A stretch of DNA of 64,000 bases from Raillietiella orientalis (taxonomy: Eukaryota). Shown here piece after piece: positions 38,782-49,351 of the stretch. The notes beneath the pieces are model-generated. The model was not told the DNA's origin. It saw only the letters and a list, made by a program, of their open reading frames with translations, and did not search any database. Each line of letters opens with the position of its first letter. Position 1 is the first letter of the stretch. The stretch is from assembly GCA_036172245.1 (NCBI GenBank), contig JAYWIR010000049.1, positions 434,001-498,000 of the forward strand, in the 5' to 3' direction. The position numbers and the translations under genes are program-made.

Positions 38782-39005
38782 CCTGGCACTCTCTGGTTGA
38801 TGCACTCTCGCCGCCGTCGCTGTGGGACGCAAGCCCTCCTCTATGGTTCTGCTGCAGATGGTGGTAAATGTTCTCTGCCGCACTGTCCCTAGTGGTTGGC
38901 CACAGACACTGGTTTTCACTTATTCACTTCCCCGCTTGGGGCACGCAAAAATTGCCGCAGCAGTGATGGTGCTCACTGCCTTGGCGGGGTATTCGGTATA
39001 GTTTT

Positions 39006-39021
39006 TTCCTCGTCTCAGCAG
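39006..39021 (+). repeat. TSD TTCCYCGTCTCAGCAG (partner 41000-41015)
   Basis: 16-bp direct repeat with 1 mismatch flanking the deleted B1 copy. Confidence 0.85.
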
Positions 39022-40999
39022 TTTTTCCCCTGTCCGACTTGCGCAGGGGAGAATTTATTTATCTTAACACGTTTACAATGCTTTCTCACTTTCAGTATTT
39101 AATCTTTTCTCACTTTTCAATGTTCTGGAATCCTCTGCAAGATATGGTAGTATATCCAAGTTGGAATTCCTCCACAACTTCTGATTCCAATTTCACTGTT
39201 CAGGAGACCTTTCAATATTTCCATAGCAGGCACCTGGCTCATTCCTGTCCGCATTTTGGCCCTCCTTATTACGATCCTTTTGATAAAGAGGGCTATGGTT
39301 ATGAGGACCATCGGGTTGTATCGGGGAACATTGCCGTTCCCTTCGAAAATCCCAACGAGAATCTCCATCTTCCGCAACGGCTGCAAGTCTATCACCTTCT
39401 TGAGACTGGTCCAGTCTTGGCGCAGAGACGGGCAGGTGAGTACGTGAAGGGTGAGTATCTCTGATTCCACATGCATTGCACTTCTCCTCCTGCGGATCTC
39501 CGGTCCAGTGTTTGGTCCTAGTGCCGCTCAGAATGCCACTGTGATAAAACATCAGGAGCTCATCCTGAACGTCGGGTGGTAAGTCGCTCGTCCAGACCGT
39601 GGTTCCAACCACCAGCGGTTCCACCTGGTGGCATCCGTATCGGTTGGCGGTCACAGACAGAGCGTCGTCGTCGTTTGTTTCCTTCATACGTGCTTCTCCT
39701 ATGTTTCTCCTGGTTATCAGGCGCCAGCGGCTGGATTCCTGATTGGTCCAGACCTCTCGATATTTGTGGGTGAATTTTCCAACTATCTCCGTGGTTAGCT
39801 GATACAGCCGCATTTTTTGGTGAATGCCACTTAATGCGAACTGCTCTCACTCCTTTATGGTGATCCTTGGATTCTCGGATATCCATTTCCTGGTGTCCGA
39901 TGGGACGTGCAAAAACCACGGGATAATCCTCATTAGTTCGCTCTCCCAAATTTCCTTACTTCTAAGCACTATTTTGAGGTGATGGGTGTTGACCAGTGCC
40001 TGTTTCCGTATCCAAGTAGGGTCGATGTTTCTCCACCGTCCTTGTTTGCCTATTAGGGCTAACATTAGGCCTCTCGAATTGTTGACCAACTGCGAGTAGG
40101 CTTTGTGCGCTGCATAAGGCCACTCATCCCATTTGGTGGCAAGTTCCAGTTGTCGCACGTCCAGCAGATGCACGGACCGTTTGAGCGATTTCATCCCGGT
40201 CCCACCTTTGTCTCGCGGTCGGCACAGGATTTTCAGCCTGACCCGCGGCTTAAACTCTCTCCATAAAATCCTCCATTGTAGTTGTTCCACCTGCCGGCAC
40301 GTTCCATCGTCTACTCGACAAAAGGCTGCTCCGAAGAGCACCTTAGGAAAGAGAACTCTGTTCCACAGGTTTTCCCTTCGCTTCAGGCAGAAGTCTAGTC
40401 GTACGTATTTTGCTGCCTCTTCTCTTGTTTTCCCCAGGATTCCTTTCCACATTTCCTGCGAAGCCGAGTCATCGCCGATGTATACTCCTAGGTACTTGAT
40501 GTTATCCACTACTCGGAATCCTGCTTCCTCTAAGGCGGCAAGGTCCAGGATTCCGATGGGCAACAGTTGGGATTTCTGGGCGTTGATCTTCAAGCCCAGA
40601 CCATTCGCCATAGATTGGACGAAACCAAGGGACTCATGCTGATCCTTGCCTTCCTTCAAGAAGAAGAGCAGATCATCCGCATACGCCAGGTGCGTCAATC
40701 TGTCGTCGTCAAGGCGTATTGCTTGGATACGGCCGCCATGGTGGACCAGTGACGAAACCGCTTCCGTATAAACTACGAACAGCATCGGACTAAGGGCGTC
40801 TCCCTGACGGATTCCCCTTTCCATCCTGATGTCTGCCGTATCATTTCCGTATCGTCCCCGGGGGGTACGTCTCCATGTTGTTTTCCTGTGCCTCCTGGCA
40901 ACGGTCTCCTCGTATCCTCCTTCTTCTTAGTCGCCTGCTAGTATTTTTCAAAAAAAAAAAGCACAAACAATTTCGCAGCACACGCAGGCTAAGCACTAC
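39022..40999 (-). mobile_element. Family B1 internally deleted copy: ~150-bp 5' end joined to the RT-3' half at 40850/40851
   Basis: 39022-40850 matches 12652-14482; 40851-40999 matches ~17630-17770. Confidence 0.9.
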
Positions 41000-43900
41000 T
41001 TCCCCGTCTCAGCAGGAGAGGAGCGATCTCCCGACTTGCTAGGAGGCTGTGCCATTGCCGCCTTTTAAGGGTGCAGCGAAATCTGCGCACGAGGCTGTTG
41101 GGGAGGAAAGCCCGGAGACGTTCTTGACGAAAGTCGAGGAACCCTCCGAGGAAATGGACGGCTTTTGGACGGTTGTGGAGAAAGAGAGAAAAGTAAAATC
41201 TCCCAAAAATTCTCCGCAACCTACTTCCAAGAGCCTCTGTAAGATAAGCAACTTCGAGCCAAGGTTCCCTCTGACGCTGCAAAGGCCAACGCCGCTATCG
41301 CGCATAGCGCGAAAGCTGCGATCGCCGGGAGCGATGCCCCGGTGACCGCGAAAAAGGGAGTGACCGCGGTTCCACCGCGAGCACTTCCGAATCGACGCGG
41401 CAGGTGAGTCGTGAAGCGCTCGAGCGTCGATCAGACTCCGAAACGGAGTCTGATATCACCGCCGCACGTCGGATCACCCACGCGGAAGCCGTAGCGAGAC
41501 GGGCTAATGCCCTGAGGCGCACAGCGCATGCCGCGAAGGAGCGAGAGCTCACCCCGGAACATCAAGCGACGTTACCCGGAGACGAGCACTCGATTTCGTG
41601 CAGCACCTTGGAGGACGGTGGCGACCGTGATCTCCAGCCACACTGCTGCTTACTGTCCGCTCGCCGGTGAAAACGGGCAAAAAGCCGCCGACTTCCCAGC
41701 ATTAATGCGGGAAATCGCGTCTTCTCGTCGTCTGTTCGCCGCGTGTTGGAACGTGAACGGACTGCAGCACGACTAGAAGAGGCGATTGGTAGCGAACGCC
41801 CTGTGCCCCTTTGACCTCACGCTCCTGCAGGATATTCACGTAATCTACGACGAGCAGGCAGCCGATTCGAGGAACGCTCAGGCGGAACGCTACTTTGGCT
41901 GTGCGGCGGCCCATACACGTGCGGCGTCGCGTTCCTCGCAAGAGGAAAAATGGCGGAAGCGGTGCGTGGTGTTCGCTTCGACGACGACGGATGGGTGGGC
42001 CCACTTGCTGTCAAGTGGTCCGTGTCCATCGATCTCGTCGTGACGAATATCTACGCGCCGAGTGGCTCTCGCTACCTCGAAGATGGAATTGCGCTCTTCG
42101 AGGAAATGAAATGCCACTGTCTCAACAACTCCAGTTCCCAAGTGGCGCACCTAGTCTCAGAGGACTTCAACGTCCATCTGCTCTCTGACGGAAGGAGCTG
42201 CCCGAGGGAGCGCAAGTTGGCCATCGAGATTGGTCGGCGTACCTGAGATGGTCGGCGTACCTGAGATGGAAAGGTCGCCGGATCACATCTTCCTTGATGA
42301 CAACCTACACTCTTGTGTGAGAAGGAGAGACAGATTGTCGTTCGTACTTTCTAACATCACAGGTTGGAGTTCGAGCTCCTTCCTCCAGGCAAGAGGCCTC
42401 CGTTGAGAAACTGGAGGATGCCGGCGGACTGGCTTAGCCATCCGGAGGCGGCGGATCATCTTCGTCAGCACCTCCGGACCTTCGTCATCCGCGAACTCGA
42501 GGACTGGGATCATCTAAAGAGATCAGTCCGCGAGTTCTGCGAACGGTTTCCCTTGAACCGGCTTCCGCGAGGCTTTGGAGAAGGGGTCGCCAACAGCAGG
42601 ACTTTTCTGCAGGCGCGCACCTTTCCGAGACGCGCGGATGTCAGCCAGCTTGCGGAATACAAGGCCAGAGTCGAGAGCCAGGTCTGGCAGTCTGGAGTTT
42701 CATCAGGGCTTTGCGGCGGAGCTCGTCCCCCTGGTGCTTAGCCTCTCTTCGCTGATAAGGGTTTCAGGGCATCTCTCCAATTCCTTCCGCTCAGCGAGTG
42801 TGCGTCTCCTGCCTGGAGACACACGCCATCTGAACAACTGGCGTCCGGTCACCTTGGTGAACTCAGACTTCAAGTTGTTCTCCAAACTGTGGGTCGCGCG
42901 ACTAGGAAGGATCCTTGGTAAGGCCGGAGCAGACTTACGCTGTTCACGGGCGGTCCATGGACGAGAACCTCCTGTTCTCTTGCTCCTGGATGCAGCTGCA
43001 GGAGCGCGTAGCGTAGCAAAGCCGGACCGTGTCAAAGGCTGCTGCCTAAGACAGACGGTATCGGCAAAAGCGGCAGGAGGGTACGCCTGGTGCCTTGAAG
43101 GTCGCAGTCGATCTCCACAAGGGGTTCGATTGCATAAACCAAAGACTCCTCTTGGAGCTCTTGGAACGCCTCGGTCTCCCGGCGCAACTTTTGAATTACT
43201 TGCGCGCTTGCTGACGCCACGCGCTAACCTGCATTTCTTTTAGCGGCTGCCACGTGTACAGTATTCCCGTGCGCAGGGGCATCAGGCAGGGCGACAGTTT
43301 AAGCCCGTTGCTCTTCAGCATCTTCTTTTAGTTCGTGCTGAGGGCGTACAGGCTGACGCTGGAGTACCCGCCTAGCTCTTGCCCGGAAACGCTTCCCGTG
43401 GCTGCCTATGCAGATGACCTGCTTCTTCTGCTCCTCATGTGCACCCCAGCGTCCAGTATCGAAGATTTCTTCGAACTGATTCGTCGGGGAGCGGGCGTGA
43501 GCGTGAACAGGAAGAAGAGCGTGGTCGTTCCTGTGAGAGAGTCGTGAGAGGGGCAGTCCGACTGGATCTGCCTGGGGATCCCCACGGCAGGGTACTTCAA
43601 GTACCTTGTCGTTCTGCTGAGCGACCTCGGCGATGCCGAGGCGTGGTCGGACGGCCTTCATAAGACAGAGTTGGCCGCCACTCCCTTCATTAATGGCAAG
43701 TTTACCTTGACGAAACGGGAGTCTCTTTGGAACACCTTCGTGCCCCCTCTCCTCCTAAGACCCCTGTTTTTTCTCTTGGACCCCCCCTACGCGGCCAAAG
43801 AGCGGGCAAAACACCTGCTAAGGAACGCTTTCTGAGATCCGACGCGATCCAGGATCCGTCTCAGAGACCTGACGGCTCCACGTTGGGATGCCGGTCTTCG

Positions 43901-46900
43901 CATCCTGACGATGGAGCGGAGCGGACTGCAAGCGCAGTTCCGGATACTGGCACTGTGTACCAAGCTATGGACTTCCCCCCTGTGTGCGCCTACGCGCATC
44001 CTCCTACGGAGGAGTGCCGGCAGTGTAGGAATTCTTTCCTTGTTGCCAGTCATGCGTCACAGAAAACAGGGATTTAGCTATCCTTTCAGGCAACTCGCCA
44101 CCCTGTTGGAAGCCAATACGTGGATTTCCTGCCGCCCAATGAACTACGATGCTTGGCGGCAGGAAACTATTGATTCCTGGGCTGCATTCCTAGGAATGAG
44201 CCGCGAAGATCTTCGCCTCCTGCGTCAATTTCAACCTTCGCCACTCCAAGATGTGATCCAGGACCAAGTGAAGTTTTCCTCCTTGGCCGCCACGCTCCTC
44301 GCCGAAGCATTGTCTGACCTCGAGGTTCGAGAAGACAGTAGCCAACCGGCAAGGTAAGAGTTCTCCTGCACCATCGCGGGAAGAACGGAGCTCCTCGGCG
44401 AATGGGACACGATCGAGCTGGCGGATACTGCCACTCCTCGTGCTACAGCAAACGGACTACTTCGGTGGGGAGGAGCTCTTGTTGTTGCCCACGAGGAACT
44501 GATAGTCCCTCCCTGCTATTTGGACGGTTCGGTATTTCCCCTTGCATGGAAGCAAGACGTCTTACTCTTCTTGCACTGGGGATTGCGCTACAACGAGCGG
44601 CGACACCGAGTTTCCGGTGGGGTGTCTTCTCCCTACTGTGCCCGGTGCGGGGCGACGGAGTCGTTCCTGCACCTTGTTTTCGACTGCGGTGCCCTTTAGA
44701 AACTCTGGCGGAGGTTAGCAGTAGCACTCCTACCACCAAGGGACACCGCCCTTGAAGTGCTGCGACGGTTCTTCCAACCGCAAGGACTTTCGACGGCTTC
44801 GATGATTTCCACAGTTGGTTGCATCCGCGCCATCGTCACGGTCCGAGACGTGCTGGAGAACACTGGTCAGCGATGCTGTGACACCAGGAAGGCAGCCGAC
44901 TTCATCAGTGCGGCAGCTAGGTGGCGACACTTGACCGAAAACGCAACGTAGCTCACCAGCATCCATGGTCGGATTACCTATGGTTTGGTGATCCATCTCC
45001 ATTCCCATTCCATTTCATTTTTGTTTTCGCGTCCCACCTCCCATTCGCTCCGTAGTGCTTTTGGAGCTTTTACTCTTTGTGTTTTCCGGTAACTGAGGGG
45101 CGTCACCAAAGATCCCTGGCCCATTCCTCCCATTTAGACTGTTCTTTTTTGTTTGTGGTGCCCTCCTCCCCATTCCTTCATGTTCTTCCGTTTTCCTGGC
45201 CTACGTGCCAGTGGTGTATCTCCGTTGCTGGTGTTCTTTTGTCGTTGGTTGGAAACCACTGTTTCCAGCCAACGACATAAACGTCCCGGCGTGACTGGGT
45301 AAGAAATTTTAACGTCCACCGGAAACCGGATGGGCCGAATCATGAACGCGACCTGGTCAACGAAGTGTGCACGGCGGTGCACACATGTAACTTGTTGGCC
45401 AGTGAACCGGGGATGGAGGACAGCATCGATCACGTGTTCCTTGACGAGCACCTGTGCACTGGCGTGGGCAGGTGCTGCAAGTTACCGTCCAAGGTGTTCG
45501 ACCATCGCATGATCGTGCTCCAGATTCATCCGCGCGACAGGGGCCCTCCCTCGTCAGCGTGACATTTTCCAGTGGACTGGCTGAAGCTCCTTTACGCAGC
45601 GGAACAACTCCGCGCGTTCATATGGAGCATCAGGCTGCAGAAACTTCTGGATTAAGACCGCTTCAAACGGTCGGTCCAGGAGTTCTGCGACCAGTTCCCT
45701 CTGCACCACCTCCCTGCGGGATTTGGGGACGGGGTACGTAACCAGAAGTCGTATCTACAGGCCCGACGTTACGCCAGGACCCCCTACATTTGCAGGCTGG
45801 TGGAATACAAAGCGGGAGCTGAGAGGCAAGCCCGACAGTCAGGATCGGCCAGCTTGCTGGACGATCAGGGCTAGGAGCATTCGGCACCCGCTCAGATCCG
45901 CGGTCTGCTGCGGCCTTTTTATTCCTCCCTGTACGCCAGAACGCCTCCTAAGCGAGATGTCTCACGACTTCTGCTTCCGGAAGGCGCTCCAGCGATCGCA
46001 GAGGAGGAGAGAAAGACCCTCGACGAGCCTTTCACAATGGGCAAGATCATCTTGGCCATCGGAAAGCTCAAGAGGCGCAAGGCTCCAGGGGAGGACGGCC
46101 TGCCCGCGGAGTTTTATCAAACTTTCGCGGCTGAGCTTACCCCCCTGGTACATCAACTCGCCTTGCTGATCCGCGAAAGAGGTGACGTTCCCGCCTCGTT
46201 TCGTTCGGCAAAGGTGCGACTCCTCCCTAAGGGAGGAGATCTGAGGAGCATGAACAACTGGCGTTTCATCACAATAGTGAATGCGGACGCCAAGTTGCTA
46301 GCGAAGGTTTGGGCAGAGCGCTTGGGACGCCTTCATCAGCCCGGAACAGGCATATGCTGTTCCCGGGCGAAGCATGGAGGCGAACCTGCTCCACTCTTCC
46401 ACCTAGCTAGAGCTCCAACAAGAAAGGAGCTTGGTGCGCAGCCGAAATTCCGGTGCGTGCGCCGGCAAGGGGTCGGATGGTCGGGTGGGGGAGAGAGCCC
46501 TTGAGGTCGCAGTCGACTTGCGGAAAGCATTCGACTCCGTCGACCAGAATCTCCTGCTGGAGCTTCTGGAACGCTTAGGCTTCCCGGCCTCATTATTGGC
46601 CTATCTGCGCTCCAGCTGGCGCGACGCGATTATCAACCTTTCTTTCAGCAAGCAGACCGTACACGGCGTGCCTGTGCGGCGTGGGATACGGCAGGGAGAC
46701 AGGCTGAGCCCCTTGCTCTTCAGTACCTACTTTGAGTTGGTACTGAGAGCGTACAGGGAAACTCTGGCGCACCTGCCGCACGACTGCGCCGGTACGCCTG
46801 CGGCTCCAGCATACGCGGACGATCTTCTGCTGCTGCTCCCTATGTCCACCCCGGTTTCGGCGGTCGAGGAGTTCTTCGACCTGCTGAGTCGGGGAACCGG

Positions 46901-47529
46901 ACTGACGGTGAACAGGGCGAAGTCGTCCGTGATGCCAGTTGGTGCGGCGTGGGCAGGGCAGCAGGACTGGGTCCGTTTGGGGATCCACACTGTGAGGTAC
47001 TTCAAGTACTTTGGTGTGCCGTTGGAAGACTACTCCCCTGCGGAAGCGTGGTCCGGCTGCCTCCAAAAAGTAGATACGGCGATGGGCCCGTTCCGAGGCG
47101 TCAGATTTTTCCTGCCTGAACGGGCCGCGGTTTGGAACACGTTCGCGGCTCCTCTCCTCCGTTTCCTGCTTTTCGTTTGCCCCCCCACAGAGAGAATAAG
47201 GCGGGGAGGCGGGGCCTCAGGCTGTGGAAGATGAGGTGGAAGAACAACCTTCCCGCTCCTGTTTCTGCACCTTTGCTCCTGACAACGGTGCAGCAGAACG
47301 CCCACCATTACGTCGGTTGGCGACTTCTGCTGCTTGCCCTGAGGACAGGAGGCGTTGCGGCAAGGGATCTGCTGCCACCGGGGACGTCATTTCGTCCTGT
47401 CCTGAGAAACGTTTCCGAGCAGGTCGCAAAGAGCGAAGAACCTCCGGAAATTACATCCAGAGGGCTCCCCAGATCACAGCCGCCCCCTGCTGCCTAGCAC
47501 CTAGTACGTGGGAGACGAGATTTCCGAGG

Positions 47530-49300
47530 GTGGCTTCCCCGAAGCGAGGCCAGTCGCCTTAACGGGCAACCAATTCCCCGCATCTTTTGGCAGCTGCGCA
47601 GCGGCAGTAAGAGCGGTCCTTCGCTGCTAGAACAGCGCCCAAGGATGAGATGTGCAGAAACACGTGGGCTTCCAGCGGAGCTTCATGTGGAGGTCCACAA
47701 CGTGGTACACAGCTCTGATGCCCTGACGGGACGCCATCAACTCTTTCGGTCCTTCATATCTCTTTAGAGATATGAACGACTATCTTCGACCTCTAACGAC
47801 AGAGCTTTCAGCGTTCCTTGCGGCTGGCTGTTCCCTCAACCGTGCTAGTCTTAGCGTTCGAGGCTCTGAGGTCATCAACCGCTAAGCCACTGCTGCAAAT
47901 GGCTGTTCTCCATGCGCCCTCACGGGAACAGCCTCCAAGGGCCTCCAAGGCCCTTGGAGGCCCTTGGCCCCAAGGCACTTCTGGTTAATCCGTACGAGAT
48001 CGACTACGTGGCGAGCACCATCCACAAGACGCTCTCTTCCTCAGTAGCACAATCCATCGTCTAGGAAGCAACTCGGCGTCTGAAGTCAAAAGTGCCATCG
48101 AACGCCGGTGACCTGGGTTGCCTGAGTCTCCTCCCTTGTGGAGGAGACGCTTTCCAGCTGATCGAAAAAACAGGAAACAGGCGTGGCGTCTGTGTCAGCT
48201 TTGTTACCCGCAACGCCAGGGGGCTCCACTGAGTAGCTCCGATGCCAGTCTCTTGGCGCTGCCCACCCCTGGAACTTTCCGATAGCCTGGGAAATCTCTT
48301 CCAGAGTGGAAGACTCGTCATGGTGAGCAAGTTTCTCCTGCTGTATTCCAGAATCCAGCAGCCATCGTTGCTGGAAACCTCATTCCAAGGGTTTCACGTG
48401 TTTCAAAGGAGGCAAAACGCTCCCTGGCCGCAGCAGCGGGGACAGAGAAGCTGCGAGGCGTGCTCCTTCGGTAACCATGTCGTCCCAGAGTTCCAAGTCT
48501 GCCTCGCCTCTCGGCCATAGCTCCACATTCCGCCAGCCGACAGACGTGTACCCGCTGCTACAGGCCGCGCGCCTGCAAGAAGTCGCTTCTGCCACCTCGC
48601 GGCCGGCCGGGAAGTGATATGTAGGGAAGACAGGTGTTCACAGGTGGCAGGAGCTCCATATCCCTCGTAACCGACCAACGACCTTTTAAGCCGTCTGCTC
48701 CCGACATGTAGGCGCAAGCAGTCATCTAAAAAGATTGGTCGGCAGAGCTCGCCATCTCGGGTTCAGAAGTGAAAAAGGTGTTCATTGTTGGTCCCGGTCT
48801 TCCTGGTTCTGAGCCAACATCTGGTGGGTGTTGAATGACCTGGAATCTAATGCAGTGAGCCACTGAACACGCAAGACACCCGGAGAGCGTAAGTATTCAT
48901 CACGGCTGGGTCAGTCGAGTTGGACCACTTGATGGTCAATCCGGACGTCCACGGGGGGCTGCGTGGAGAAGGCCTCGTTTCACCAACGCACGTGGGCGAT
49001 AGTTGCACGACGAAAGTGGTCTGCGAGGTCACGGACTTCGCGTCCACGAGGACTGCGGCTCTTCTTGGTAGGACAAAAGGCTTTTCCCACGGCTGCTGAC
49101 CGCTCTTTGGCAGTCCGCGCAAACGGCATCCTCCGGCGCGACCCGGCTGCTGCCTCAGCGGCAGCTCACTGCGGGTTCTTGCTGGCGACCCAGCGCGATC
49201 TCCCGTTGGCGCGGTCAGCGGCGCCACTTCTGCGAGTGCTAAAGGCCGAAGGCGTCGCTGTCCGGCTGTGATGAGCTGCGGCTGCAAAAGTCCGCCGTGA
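47530..49300 (-). mobile_element. Highly degenerate LINE ORF2 (EN to RT)
   Basis: LTIKWSNSTDPAVMNTYA (EN-like) and RLSESSRG...QWSPLAL (RT-like) remnants. Confidence 0.55.
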
Positions 49301-49351
49301 ACACCCGAAAAACCGGTGGCTGCCAAAATCCCGAAATCACGGAGGATACTA

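Larger units (their letters stand above)
33562..38955 (-). mobile_element. Family B2 full-length Tx1-like LINE (~5.4 kb), antisense inside family A ORF1
   Basis: ORF1 and ORF2 homologous to but clearly diverged from B1; exact TSD CGCAGCAG at 33554-33561 and 38956-38963. Confidence 0.9.
32216..45305 (+). mobile_element. Family A full-length LINE (ORF1 ATG 32306; ORF2 41705-44951), interrupted in ORF1 by family B elements
   Basis: ORF1 with SFADVA and knuckle remnants; ORF2 WNVNG, NIYAP, EDFNV, WRPVTL, RQGD, YADD; 10-bp TSD ATTTTAACGT. Confidence 0.85.
25931..47210 (+). mobile_element. Family D LINE, outer host split into 25931-26693, 30474-30774 and 45306-47210 by nested insertions
   Basis: ORF1 tail, then ORF2 ATG 26529 (WNVNG); removing the inserts joins ...ISGGQL|WYRCE...NVYAA...ANDFNV|HRKPDG...IDHVF...KAPGEDG...DLRKAFD...RQGD...YADD...FKYFGV, collinear with the EN/RT at 28239-30473. 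Confidence 0.85.

Noticed and set aside
42224..42270. Short tandem duplication GGTCGGCGTACCTGAGAT
   Set aside because: Local mutation in a decayed endonuclease region.
30779..45305. 1.4-kb direct repeats read as LTRs or DIRS-type repeats
   Set aside because: The repeats are the ORF2 C-terminus plus 3'UTR of a LINE, each with its own TSD; no integrase, tyrosine recombinase, PBS or TG...CA ends.
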